From a phage, in sequence record PZ445551.1: DNA of 64,000 bases. The stretch is one strand, 5' to 3'. The position numbers and the translations under genes were made by a program. The notes under the pieces are model-generated. The model did not search any database. It was not told where the DNA came from and saw nothing but the letters and a program-made list of their open reading frames with translations. Below, in pieces: positions 44,775 through 54,081 of the stretch. Numbering within the stretch: the stretch's first letter is position 1; each line of letters starts with the position of its first letter.

Positions 44775-44784
44775 CCCCTTCTCC

Positions 44785-45357
44785 TTAATGTGTTAATGAA
44801 ACTGCGTAACTAAACACAGGTTCAGATATTACATCGGCTACAGTAATAAAAACGTCTTCGTCTTGAGTTGTTTCTACACGACATACAGTTACACCATTCA
44901 CCACGAATTCAACGCAATGTGGAATATCTTCACAAACGAAGGTAGTGTAAGTAACACCCAAAGCATCATACAAAGATTTAACAGTGTTTGCAAGTGCCGC
45001 AGTTTCTTCTTTTTCTGAGACAATGAATGCTGTAACAACAAGATTGTTTGCATAGTTTAGACTGTCCTCTATAGCCAATGATTTACAAGGTAGTAATGCA
45101 AAATATTTACCTGGTTTAATCAGACCTGCTTCCCATTGATTCAAAATTGCTTGGGATGGTTTAGTAATATAAAACAGATTTTCACTTGGGTTATCAATAT
45201 TACTTCTGGCGATACAACGTGAAGGATTATTAATATCAAACACATGATCAAAATCTACACAAACTGGTAAACTGAAAGGTGTGAATTTTTTACCTAATAA
45301 TCCTACTGCTGACAATATGTTTGCTGTGCTTATCTTCCCGTTAAAAGCTAAACGCAT
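44785..45357 (-). CDS. hypothetical protein (190 aa)
   Basis: ORF in same-strand block. Confidence 0.55.
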   Translation of the reverse strand: MRLAFNGKISTANILSAVGLLGKKFTPFSLPVCVDFDHVFDINNPSRCIARSNIDNPSENLFYITKPSQAILNQWEAGLIKPGKYFALLPCKSLAIEDSLNYANNLVVTAFIVSEKEETAALANTVKSLYDALGVTYTTFVCEDIPHCVEFVVNGVTVCRVETTQDEDVFITVADVISEPVFSYAVSLTH

Positions 45358-45368
45358 ATTTAACTCCT

Positions 45369-45572
45369 TTAACTAGCAACCGTAACTTCCGAACTTTCTT
45401 CTTTCGTACTGTCTACGATATGCCTGGTGGCAATATACGAGACTTGCCAGTTACCATCTGGTGTAGTCTCAATAAGTACCCTATCTACTTCGAGAAAATG
45501 CAAAAATTCAACCATCGCTCGCTTCGATAGGAATTGTTTTTTAACAGTCTCCTCAAAAGATTGAACTGCCAT
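45369..45572 (-). CDS. hypothetical protein (67 aa)
   Basis: ORF in same-strand block. Confidence 0.5.
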   Translation of the reverse strand: MAVQSFEETVKKQFLSKRAMVEFLHFLEVDRVLIETTPDGNWQVSYIATRHIVDSTKEESSEVTVAS

Positions 45573-45581
45573 GTTTCCTCC

Positions 45582-46244
45582 TTATTTAATATTCAATTTT
45601 GCACAAAGACGTTGTACCGCTTTGGCATCGAACAAACTCCCACGAATAGTTCTCTTTCCTGATTCATTCAGATGTTTTGCAATCGTCATATATGGCGTTT
45701 TACAAGCTCTGTATGCAACTAAAGAATCTTTTAAAGAAAGCGCAAACTCTTTTGAGCGTTTTGCTTCTTCCGTTTTCGTATAATCTGTTCTTTTGTATTT
45801 AGGGTTTGCTGCACCAAGAAGCGTTCCCTTCGCTTTTGCTACTTTAAGGCTCTTCTTAACACGATCAGATATTGCACGAGCCTCTTCTTCTGCCAGAACT
45901 GCTAAAATATTTATTATCATATTTTCAGCGGAGGGCATAGTTGCTATTCGTACATTAATCATCTCTAACAAGGTTGCAACAGAAGCTGTGTTACGTCCAA
46001 GACGGTCAACCTTAGCAACAACAAGTGTAGCACCTGTTTCTTTGCAAAGATTAACAGCTTTTACAAGCTCTCTACGTTGCTTCCAATCGCCTTTACCCGA
46101 ATAAAACTCTGCAAAGCTACCTACAATAGTATAATTTTCTTGTGAATCCAGGAAGCGTTGGATATCTGCTTCCTGTGATTCTATACCATACTGGTTGCCT
46201 TGTTGTTTCTTCTTAGAAAGTCGATGATACAGTACAAACTTCAT
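45582..46244 (-). CDS. serine recombinase (resolvase/invertase family)
   Basis: N-terminal YHRLSKKKQQ with catalytic Ser context, VVAKVDRLGRN motif; own TTGACT-N17-CATACT promoter-like element upstream. Confidence 0.7.
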   Translation of the reverse strand: MKFVLYHRLSKKKQQGNQYGIESQEADIQRFLDSQENYTIVGSFAEFYSGKGDWKQRRELVKAVNLCKETGATLVVAKVDRLGRNTASVATLLEMINVRIATMPSAENMIINILAVLAEEEARAISDRVKKSLKVAKAKGTLLGAANPKYKRTDYTKTEEAKRSKEFALSLKDSLVAYRACKTPYMTIAKHLNESGKRTIRGSLFDAKAVQRLCAKLNIK

Positions 46245-46301
46245 AATACCCTCCTGTTCTGTTACAGGAAGTATGCACTACCTTAACGTTAAAGTCAACA
46301 G

Positions 46302-46505
46302 TTAAGTAGTGGTAATATCATCTTCTTGAATATCAGGATCAACTTCTGCAAAGATAGCTTCTACAGGAATTTCTTCACCTGCTATTCTAGAAAGAAGCAC
46401 TGAACCAATAGCTTTTGCGTGTTCTTCGGATTCCGCATAAACATTAGTCCCTGTGTCTTTTTTCTTAGTTTCGTTAAAATATACCAGATAGTAATTGTAT
46501 GCCAT
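46302..46505 (-). CDS. hypothetical protein (67 aa)
   Basis: Start refined to MAYNYYLV (TAATG coupling). Confidence 0.5.
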   Translation of the reverse strand: MAYNYYLVYFNETKKKDTGTNVYAESEEHAKAIGSVLLSRIAGEEIPVEAIFAEVDPDIQEDDITTT

Positions 46506-46756
46506 TATTCTTCCCAATCGTTGTTACGAGCATTTTCAAGAACCTTGACAACTTCTGCATACTCTACAGCTAAACCAGCACACACTTCAGCTTGTTTTGC
46601 AATTGCTTGTTTAAAGAACATAGCGATTGCAACACTCTGTGTTGTGTGAATGTTATCTGCTTTAGTTGATACGTGAAGATCAAAATCTTCTTCATCAAAG
46701 GTGAGTTCCATAGTAACAATAAATTTCTCGGTCATAAAAATGCTCCTCTTAAACAA
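46505..46756 (-). CDS. hypothetical protein (83 aa)
   Basis: ORF in same-strand block. Confidence 0.5.
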   Translation of the reverse strand: MFKRSIFMTEKFIVTMELTFDEEDFDLHVSTKADNIHTTQSVAIAMFFKQAIAKQAEVCAGLAVEYAEVVKVLENARNNDWEE

Positions 46757-47258
46757 AATAGAAAGGTTGAGTTAAACCCAGCCTGTTTTTTGGGTCGTAG
46801 ACGTACCAAGCATATGCTGTCTTATCAGTACCACCTGCAACAAAAGATGGTCGTTCAGAAAGAACAATCAAATTTGTTGGTGGATTCTGTTTATGGAATT
46901 CCCTTCGTTTAATAGACTCTAGGAAACCAAGACGCAACAAGTATATGCAAACGTCTGCTTCTTTTAAGCTCTTTTGCAAGAACTCAAGTGCAAGTTTGAA
47001 TGGGGGATTTGTGATTATAATATCCGGCTTAGTATGCCATTCGTGGTTAAAATAATCTTTCCCTTCTTCTAACTCACAATATTCTGATCCTTCTGGAAAA
47101 TGTTGATAAATTGCAGCAGCAGCGCCTTTACACGGTTCTGCAAAAATAAAACCTTCTTCTTTAAGGTTATTAAAATCTATTACACTAAATAATGCATTTA
47201 TACATTTTTGTGGAGTAGGATAGTAATCAGTTGGTGGACGATCATACTTATTTGCCAC
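46749..47258 (-). CDS. small phage Dam-like DNA N6-adenine methyltransferase
   Basis: DYYPTP and IIITNPPF (NPPF catalytic motif); size typical of small phage adenine MTases. Confidence 0.6.
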   Translation of the reverse strand: MANKYDRPPTDYYPTPQKCINALFSVIDFNNLKEEGFIFAEPCKGAAAAIYQHFPEGSEYCELEEGKDYFNHEWHTKPDIIITNPPFKLALEFLQKSLKEADVCIYLLRLGFLESIKRREFHKQNPPTNLIVLSERPSFVAGGTDKTAYAWYVYDPKNRLGLTQPFYFV

Positions 47259-47676
47259 TACTTAAAATCTCCTCTTTTGTGATTTCAGGGTCTTCTTCAA
47301 AAACCATAATATCTCTTAAGAACGTTAATTCTTCCATAGATACTGGTATTGTATCTTCTTCTGTTTTTCGTTTACATAAATCGTCAAGAAAGTTTTTAAA
47401 GTTTTCTGACAAATCGTAAAATTTCAACAGTTGATAATCACAGGAGGAGATCCTATCTAGTTCTAACATTCTTTCTAAGATATTTTCTGTGTTGCCATAC
47501 AGCACACGAACTTCTCCGAAAGGGTTGACTGAGTATTGTGAAGTTCTGAACCATCCCTTTTTAGATACAGTGTAACGCTGTTCTGCTAAACTTTCAATAA
47601 AATTTTTAGCTCTTTTACAGTTTTGTTCTAAAGAGTAGTAGGCTTTTTCTACAAAGGTTACAGGTACTGGTAACAT
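47248..47676 (-). CDS. hypothetical protein (142 aa)
   Basis: Preceded by hairpin and SD AGGAGGAG on minus strand. Confidence 0.55.
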   Translation of the reverse strand: MLPVPVTFVEKAYYSLEQNCKRAKNFIESLAEQRYTVSKKGWFRTSQYSVNPFGEVRVLYGNTENILERMLELDRISSCDYQLLKFYDLSENFKNFLDDLCKRKTEEDTIPVSMEELTFLRDIMVFEEDPEITKEEILSSGK

Positions 47677-47688
47677 ATCTCCTCCTAA

Positions 47689-47708
47689 TAACCCCCTTGC
47701 GGGGGTTT
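47689..47708 (-). terminator. hairpin + short U-tract upstream of SD
   Basis: ACCCCCGCAAGGGGGT then TTATT on minus strand. Confidence 0.4.
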
Positions 47709-47716
47709 ATACTAGA

Positions 47717-48370
47717 TTAATTATCAGAGGACACTTTATCAAGTTTTTCAGAGACTGTCAATACTTTTTCTTGTGATTCTTTCATTTCTGCTAAAATACT
47801 TTCAGCTTCATCACTATCAGGATCACCAGTCAACAGCATACTAATTAGTTGCTCCTTGCTGAAGTTCAGAATATCTTCCGCTGTTAGCTCCAGTTGTTCT
47901 TCGATCTCTTCAATAAAAGTTTCACCGCCGGAAAAAGCATCTCGTAGTTTTGCAACTTCCATCGCTTCTTCTGGAGTTGCCCCTGCATCTAAAGCTGCTA
48001 AAGCAAAATCTGCCCCACTACCAACAGCATAATAATCTTCAGTTAAAGGATATGCTCGCGTGGGATTATTACCCTCGTGCATATAAATTTTACCGTCTGG
48101 GTGAACAACCAATGCCACAAATTCTTCATCTTCTTTATCAGGATCTGACTGGATCACCAAACCTGGGATTGTCTCTTGTGCTGCTTGGCATTGTAAGTTT
48201 TGTTCGAACCAAGAAAAGAAAGTCAGGATAGAAGACAGACGTCCTGCACCACCAACAAGGTAGTCCCCAATTTTACGCACTTTCTTGAAATTTAAAGTGT
48301 CTACACGACTACCTACTGTTACTTTACCGTCAGACAGAATTTTGTTACGTGTTGCAATAATTGTTGTCAT
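47717..48370 (-). CDS. hslV: HslV-like (proteasome beta-type) peptidase with acidic C-terminal extension
   Basis: N-terminal MTTIIATR (Thr nucleophile after Met), KKVRKIGD, AVGSGADFALAALDAG align to HslV. Confidence 0.75.
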   Translation of the reverse strand: MTTIIATRNKILSDGKVTVGSRVDTLNFKKVRKIGDYLVGGAGRLSSILTFFSWFEQNLQCQAAQETIPGLVIQSDPDKEDEEFVALVVHPDGKIYMHEGNNPTRAYPLTEDYYAVGSGADFALAALDAGATPEEAMEVAKLRDAFSGGETFIEEIEEQLELTAEDILNFSKEQLISMLLTGDPDSDEAESILAEMKESQEKVLTVSEKLDKVSSDN

Positions 48371-48861
48371 TGTACTTCCTCCTGTAGTGTTTTAAGGACT
48401 GCTTTACCACCGCTTACATATTTACGGAGGTAATCAATAGCTCTTAGTGTTTCTTTATCCACAAGAATTTTATTAGTTCTTGTTAGTGGATGATTTAGTA
48501 AATCACTGCAATTTCTTACTAACATAGATTTCTTGTGAAAGATACTGCTAAGAAAAAGAAGTTTAGAATCTTCTTCATCAATCAGGAGTAATTCTGAATT
48601 AGACCCAGCTATATTTATTATACACTCAAACAAGCCTTCTTGACTATCAGATAATTCCTGGTAATATTTAGTTAGCCAATCCTCGCCTTTTAACCAACTA
48701 AAAAACATCTGAACTTTTTGCAAAGTTGTCATGTTCTCTAAACGAAGAGATATTTCTTTTTCAATCTTGTCAATATAAATCTGTCTAAACTCATTCGGCT
48801 TAACTAAGCCAGCTTGATAGCATTCATCAATACCATTGCGATCAATCTCAATTAGCGTCAT
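48367..48861 (-). CDS. hypothetical protein (164 aa)
   Basis: ATGA overlap with hslV-like gene. Confidence 0.55.
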   Translation of the reverse strand: MTLIEIDRNGIDECYQAGLVKPNEFRQIYIDKIEKEISLRLENMTTLQKVQMFFSWLKGEDWLTKYYQELSDSQEGLFECIINIAGSNSELLLIDEEDSKLLFLSSIFHKKSMLVRNCSDLLNHPLTRTNKILVDKETLRAIDYLRKYVSGGKAVLKTLQEEVQ

Positions 48862-48897
48862 TTAACCTCCATAACAGGCATCCTTGCCTTGTAATTA

Positions 48898-49650
48898 TTA
48901 ATATACTTCCGTGATGAACTGAGACAAACGGGAACGTTGGTTATCAGCAGTTGTCATTTCAACATAACCAATAAAATCCACAATAGCTTCCCTTTCTCCT
49001 TCTTCATTAATAGGAACAACACGATCTAACAAATCACCTAACCCGTTAGCTCTTCGTTTAATTGCATATGTTTGATTAACATCACCCATAATGACAATAC
49101 GTGTATTAAGACCTGCTCGCTCAAGGAGAAGTTTTACTGTATTTGGTGACATAAGTTGAACTTCATCAATAAGAATAATGCTGTTATCCCACGTAGCACC
49201 TAGTGCATAGTTTGGAATATTAAGTTCAATTTTGCCACTTGCAATATCGTTTTCCAATTTATTTGCAGTCATAAACTGTTGGAAAATTCTTTTAGTTGAT
49301 TCGTAGTGTGCTGCTAGTTTATCAGTCTTATCTCCAGATAAGAAACCAATTTGATCATCACCTACTTCTGTCGGGTTTTTAAGGAAAATCAACTTTCTGA
49401 AATCACCAGCTTTAAGCATTTGCAATGCTTTCCACAGTGCTGTTGTCGTTTTTCCTGTTCCTGCTGGGGCATTAACAATGGTTAAATCATTCCAAACCAT
49501 GCTTCTTACAATAGCTTCTTGATTCCCAACAGGGGTAAATTCATCAAGACGGTAATCATCATTTCCTACTGCTTTAGCCGCATAACGACTGGCACGTTTG
49601 TCATCATTGGCTGCTGATTGACGACGAGCCTTTGCGGTTTTATTTCCCAT
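48898..49650 (-). CDS. phoH: PhoH-like ATPase
   Basis: NAPAGTGKTT Walker A, IIDEVQLM Walker B, IVIMGDVNQ. Confidence 0.8.
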   Translation of the reverse strand: MGNKTAKARRQSAANDDKRASRYAAKAVGNDDYRLDEFTPVGNQEAIVRSMVWNDLTIVNAPAGTGKTTTALWKALQMLKAGDFRKLIFLKNPTEVGDDQIGFLSGDKTDKLAAHYESTKRIFQQFMTANKLENDIASGKIELNIPNYALGATWDNSIILIDEVQLMSPNTVKLLLERAGLNTRIVIMGDVNQTYAIKRRANGLGDLLDRVVPINEEGEREAIVDFIGYVEMTTADNQRSRLSQFITEVY

Positions 49651-49661
49651 GTTTGCACTCC

Positions 49662-49686
49662 TTATAAAAGGGGCTTTCGCCCCTTT
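49662..49686 (-). terminator. hairpin + U-tract module between lysozyme and phoH
   Basis: GGGGCGAAAGCCCC then TTTTAT, then SD GGAGTG on minus strand. Confidence 0.5.
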
Positions 49687-49688
49687 GT

Positions 49689-50189
49689 TTAGTTATAAGC
49701 GTCTAATGTTCCAGTTTTAAGTACCTGAATTACACGCTCTGCGCGATTAGGCGTTTGGCGATACCATTTACTTTTACGTAAATTTATAGAGGCTTGAGTA
49801 TAATATGAATTACTCACTAAAGTCAAGCTATTTTTGAAAGATTCTGCACCTTTCAATCCCATTTGAAATACCATATTGATAATAGCCATTTTACGATTAG
49901 GACTTACTTTATCGTAAATAGGAGATAATATGGTACTTGAATGGATTTGTTGTATCGCTTTCTTTACGTCACTTTCAAAGATTCTTCTAGCTTCCGCTTC
50001 AGTAATAACTCCATTGGTTTTTCTACCTACTAAGTTATCAAGAATGCGTATAGCTTCTGCTTTATCTTTGAGTTTTGTCAGAAGGTGTCCAATACCAACT
50101 GTCCAATACCCTTCGGTATCAGGATATACAGTTAGCTTTAGTCCTTCATCAAAACGTAACATATCAAACACATCAACTACTTTAGCCAT
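49689..50189 (-). CDS. e: T4-type lysozyme (endolysin, GH24)
   Basis: MLRFDEGLKLTVYPDTEGYWTVGIGHLLTK and INMVFQMG, WYRQTPNRAERV align to T4 lysozyme. Confidence 0.92.
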   Translation of the reverse strand: MAKVVDVFDMLRFDEGLKLTVYPDTEGYWTVGIGHLLTKLKDKAEAIRILDNLVGRKTNGVITEAEARRIFESDVKKAIQQIHSSTILSPIYDKVSPNRKMAIINMVFQMGLKGAESFKNSLTLVSNSYYTQASINLRKSKWYRQTPNRAERVIQVLKTGTLDAYN

Positions 50190-50201
50190 GTTTTCCTTAT
50201 A

Positions 50202-50345
50202 TTAGTCGCCCTCCCCATGATCTAGCTCTTGAAACAGTAGGTGTTCAGGAGACATTTCACGTTTAGGCTTCGTCTTTTTAGTTTGGGACTTAAGCTCTGT
50301 TGCCAAAGCACGAGAAAAGATTTTACGTTTCTGTTTACCTTTCAT
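50202..50345 (-). CDS. small Lys-rich protein (about 47 aa)
   Basis: Not in ORF track; SD GGAG upstream; approximate coordinates. Confidence 0.3.
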   Translation of the reverse strand: MKGKQKRKIFSRALATELKSQTKKTKPKREMSPEHLLFQELDHGEGD

Positions 50346-50349
50346 ATTG

Positions 50350-50610
50350 TTACTCCGCAATCTGAGCCATGAATTCACGTAGTTCAGAAAAACCTCCTAC
50401 GTGGGTTAGCTGTTCACCATCTTCCACAAAAATCTGAGGAAATGTGCGTGGTAGAACACCTGTTTTCTCTAAAACCAGATTCTGAATCTGATCTAAAGAA
50501 TAGTCTTCATCTAAGGTAAGGTATTTAAAATCCTGTTCACGCTGTTCTAGTAGAATCTTAGCGTTAGTGCAGAAAGGACAATTTGGTTTACCGTAGATAA
50601 TAAAATTCAT
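50350..50610 (-). CDS. glutaredoxin-like protein
   Basis: Active-site KPNCPFC; start refined to MNFIIYG with SD AAGGAG. Confidence 0.7.
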   Translation of the reverse strand: MNFIIYGKPNCPFCTNAKILLEQREQDFKYLTLDEDYSLDQIQNLVLEKTGVLPRTFPQIFVEDGEQLTHVGGFSELREFMAQIAE

Positions 50611-50612
50611 TT

Positions 50613-51443
50613 TCACTCCTTGTTTAAAAGTATAGTTAAAGTTCTTACAATACCGCTATCAACACTTCGCGGATTTAAAGTAGGATCTGTTTTTAAATAA
50701 GATGTTGCTGGTCTGACTGCTTTTGAATTATAGGTTGAAGCAGATACAGGATTAACTGTAACAGATAAATCTATAACAAGAAATATCTTTCGTGCAAAAT
50801 CATACCAAGAAATATAATCTGCACCTGCATAGTGTACAATTTTACTATTTACACCATCTTTTACAAGTTTAAAAATTGTTTCTGCAAGATCAGGTGCATA
50901 AGTAGGACATGATAAATGATCACATACTACATTAAATTCTTTTTGACCACCGTTGTAGCGTTCCAACATAGTTTTCAAAAAGTTATGTCCAAATTCACTA
51001 TAAACAGAAGCTGTTCGGATAATAAGTGCTGTAGGACAAACTGTTTGTACTAAAGTTTCACCTAATTGTTTACTATAACCGTAGGTGTTCAAGGGGTTTG
51101 TTTTACTATCTTCTGTACCAGCAACATGCCCATCAAAAACATAGTCTGTTGAAATATGTACAAACTGTATCAGTAAATCATTACATGCTTTGGCAATGTT
51201 TGTTGCACCGTATGCATTAACATTTATACAGGTGTTAACATCTTCTTCAGCTTTATCTACTGCCGTGTAAGCCGCACAATTCACAACAACATCAGGCACA
51301 TGCTGTACAAGACTATTCATAACATCTTTAAAGTTGGTAATGTCTACATCACTTGCTTCAATCAAAATAACATCTTCGGGCGCAACTTTTGCCAAAGACT
51401 GTCCTAATTGACCTTTTGAACCAAAGACTAAAAATTTTGTCAA
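50613..51443 (-). CDS. rmlD: dTDP-4-dehydrorhamnose reductase
   Basis: GSKGQLG, AAYTAVDKAE, STDYVFDG, YGYSKQLGE; probable TTG start with SD AAGGAG. Confidence 0.88.
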   Translation of the reverse strand: MTKFLVFGSKGQLGQSLAKVAPEDVILIEASDVDITNFKDVMNSLVQHVPDVVVNCAAYTAVDKAEEDVNTCINVNAYGATNIAKACNDLLIQFVHISTDYVFDGHVAGTEDSKTNPLNTYGYSKQLGETLVQTVCPTALIIRTASVYSEFGHNFLKTMLERYNGGQKEFNVVCDHLSCPTYAPDLAETIFKLVKDGVNSKIVHYAGADYISWYDFARKIFLVIDLSVTVNPVSASTYNSKAVRPATSYLKTDPTLNPRSVDSGIVRTLTILLNKE

Positions 51444-51994
51444 AATATGATCTCCTTTAGTGTTTTGGCTTCCTGATCTTTTTGTGACAAGATAGGTTTA
51501 AAATTAATATCATTAAAGATTAAATCAAAACCCCAATCTATATTGATATCTGGATCATTCCACGCAAGACTACACTCTGAAGTCGGATCGTAATATTCTG
51601 TACATTTGTATTCAAAATCAGCAATATCACTAATCACAACAAAGCCATGAGCGAAACCAGGAGGAATCCAAAATTGTGTTTTATTCTTTTCAGATAAGAG
51701 AACACCTACCCATTCTCCAAATGTTGGACTACCAACCCTAATATCTACAGCAACATCATAAACTTCACCACGAACACAGCGTACTAACTTCCCTTGTGGG
51801 TTTTTCTTTTGAAAATGAAGCCCACGTAGAACTCCTCGGATAGAACGTGAATGGTTATCTTGGACAAAGTTTTGTTTACCTATGTATTGATCATATAAAG
51901 CCTGATTAAAACTTTCTAAGAAAAAGCCACGTTCATCTCCATAAACGTCAGGTTGAATGATCAACAAGTCTTCGATTTTTGTTGCTTGAATCAT
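51440..51994 (-). CDS. rmlC: dTDP-4-dehydrorhamnose 3,5-epimerase
   Basis: GDERGFFLESF, RGLHFQ, KLVRCVRGEVYDVAVDIR, IPPGFAHGF. Confidence 0.9.
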   Translation of the reverse strand: MIQATKIEDLLIIQPDVYGDERGFFLESFNQALYDQYIGKQNFVQDNHSRSIRGVLRGLHFQKKNPQGKLVRCVRGEVYDVAVDIRVGSPTFGEWVGVLLSEKNKTQFWIPPGFAHGFVVISDIADFEYKCTEYYDPTSECSLAWNDPDINIDWGFDLIFNDINFKPILSQKDQEAKTLKEIIF

Positions 51995-52006
51995 TTAATT
52001 CCCCTT

Positions 52007-52876
52007 TTATTTTAATTTAAGTAAATACTTACCGTAGTCTGTTTTACTTAAAACCTCTCCAGAACTTTTTACAGAGTCTAAAGTAATCCATTCATTTTTA
52101 AAAGCAATCTCTTCCAGGCATGCAACCTTCATACCTTGTTGCTTCTCTATTGCATGAACAAATTGAGATGCTTCCATAAGACTTTCATGTGTTCCTGTAT
52201 CCAGCCAAGTGAAACCTCTTCCTAGCTTACAGACACGTAAAGCCTTTTCTTTCCAGTACATCTCATTTATATCTGTGATCTCTAACTCCCCTCTAGCAGA
52301 AGGCTTAACGCTTTTAGCTTTCTGTATAACAGAATTATCGTAAAAGTACAAGCCTGTAATTGCATAGTTGCTTTTTGGTGCTTTTGGTTTTTCTTCAATA
52401 CTTACCACTGTACCTTCAGAATCAAACTCAACAACACCAAATCTTTCAGGATCATTTACGTGATACCCAAAAATATTAGCTCCACCATTCTTTTCAATAT
52501 GTTCTTTAGCAGAATCTAAAATGCTACCAAAACTCTGACCAAAGAATAAATTATCACCTAGCACAAGTGCTACAGAATCTTCACCAATAAAGTTCTCACC
52601 AATAATAAACGCTTCTGCTAAACCTTTTGGGCTATCCTGTACTGCATACTGTAGGGAAATACCAAAAGAAGAACCGTCACCTAGAAGATTTACAAAATTA
52701 ATTTGATCTTCTGGTGTTGTAATTATTAGTATTTCCCTAATTCCAGAAAGCATTAGGACAGAGAGTGGATAATAAATCATAGGTTTATCGTAAATTGGTA
52801 ATAGTTGTTTACTAACCCCTTTAGTAACTGGGTAAAGTCTTGTTCCACTACCACCTGCTAAGATAATACCTTTCAT
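52007..52876 (-). CDS. rmlA: glucose-1-phosphate thymidylyltransferase
   Basis: [36 protein letters not shown]. Confidence 0.92.
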   Translation of the reverse strand: MKGIILAGGSGTRLYPVTKGVSKQLLPIYDKPMIYYPLSVLMLSGIREILIITTPEDQINFVNLLGDGSSFGISLQYAVQDSPKGLAEAFIIGENFIGEDSVALVLGDNLFFGQSFGSILDSAKEHIEKNGGANIFGYHVNDPERFGVVEFDSEGTVVSIEEKPKAPKSNYAITGLYFYDNSVIQKAKSVKPSARGELEITDINEMYWKEKALRVCKLGRGFTWLDTGTHESLMEASQFVHAIEKQQGMKVACLEEIAFKNEWITLDSVKSSGEVLSKTDYGKYLLKLK

Positions 52877-52884
52877 ACTCCTCC

Positions 52885-53874
52885 TTAAACTTTATTTTCC
52901 CACCACTCTTTGTTATCTACATACCAATCAATGGTTGAATAAAGTTTTTCTTCAAATGTGCCTTTAGCTTTCCACCCTAATTCCTTTTCAATCTTATAAG
53001 GATTCACTTCATATCTTAGATCATGCCCAGGCCTATCTGTAACCATCTCAATGAGGCTACAAGCATCTGTTTCAGATGGATATACCGCATCCATATAATC
53101 ACAAATCATATAGATTACATCAATATTAGTTCTAGGGTTTCTGCTCCCAATATTATATGTTTCTCCAGATTTGCCTTTAGTTACTACTAGGTGTAATGCT
53201 TCTGCGTGATCGTCAACGTATAGCCAGTCTCTTACTTGAAGACCATTACCATAAACAGGGATTGGTTTATTCATTAAGATATTTGTTATCGTCTTAGGTA
53301 TTAGTTTTTCTGGATGATGATATGCTCCAAAATTATTTGAACAATTTGTTATAACTGTCGGAATACCATAAGTACGATGCCACGCTCTTACCAAATGATC
53401 GCTTGCAGCTTTAGATGCAGCATATGGACTACTTGGTTTATAAGGATTCTGTTCTGTAAACGGATAATCCCCTTCTTCCAGATCACCATACACTTCATCT
53501 GTTGAAATATGATGGAACATTTTAAGATTTGATTTATCTCCCATTAAACGAACAGCTTCTAGAAGATTAAATGTCCCAACAATATTTGAATTTATAAAAA
53601 CACTCGGTGATGCTATTGAATTATCTACGTGACTCTCTGCTGCAAGATGCATTATATAATCTGGATTAACATCTGCCACAATCTTAGCAGTTAACTGCGC
53701 ATTTGTCAAGTCAACACGACAAAACTTTACATTAGGTGTTTCTGATAAATTCCTAGGGTCTGAAGCGTAACCCCATTTATCTATAACGTAAATATCATTC
53801 TTAGTATTTTTAGCTAGGAAACGAACTACCGCACTTCCAATAAAGCCTAAACCACCTGTTACTAAGTATTTCAT
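52885..53874 (-). CDS. rmlB: dTDP-glucose 4,6-dehydratase
   Basis: [37 protein letters not shown]. Confidence 0.92.
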   Translation of the reverse strand: MKYLVTGGLGFIGSAVVRFLAKNTKNDIYVIDKWGYASDPRNLSETPNVKFCRVDLTNAQLTAKIVADVNPDYIMHLAAESHVDNSIASPSVFINSNIVGTFNLLEAVRLMGDKSNLKMFHHISTDEVYGDLEEGDYPFTEQNPYKPSSPYAASKAASDHLVRAWHRTYGIPTVITNCSNNFGAYHHPEKLIPKTITNILMNKPIPVYGNGLQVRDWLYVDDHAEALHLVVTKGKSGETYNIGSRNPRTNIDVIYMICDYMDAVYPSETDACSLIEMVTDRPGHDLRYEVNPYKIEKELGWKAKGTFEEKLYSTIDWYVDNKEWWENKV

Positions 53875-54068
53875 TTAGTCTCCTTCCAATTATTCCCTTC
53901 AGTAAAAATAATACCTTCATAAAACAACCATCTGGAACCTTTTTCAACAGGAACAGGAAGCTCTTCTTCAGTAAAGTTATAAACCTCTCTAGCATCTTCT
54001 AAAAGTGATGCAAATGTTTTTGGACTTACTGTTACGCGAGGAGCATTGATCAGTTGATCTAGCATCAT
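53871..54068 (-). CDS. hypothetical protein (65 aa)
   Basis: Start refined to MMLDQLIN with SD AAGGAGG; ATGA overlap with rmlB. Confidence 0.5.
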   Translation of the reverse strand: MMLDQLINAPRVTVSPKTFASLLEDAREVYNFTEEELPVPVEKGSRWLFYEGIIFTEGNNWKETK

Positions 54069-54081
54069 TCTACTATCCTCC

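Noticed and set aside
45582-46244. Serine recombinase as evidence of a prophage or integrative element
   Set aside because: No integrase-type attachment sites, repressor or lysogeny module nearby; surrounding architecture is that of a virulent phage early region.
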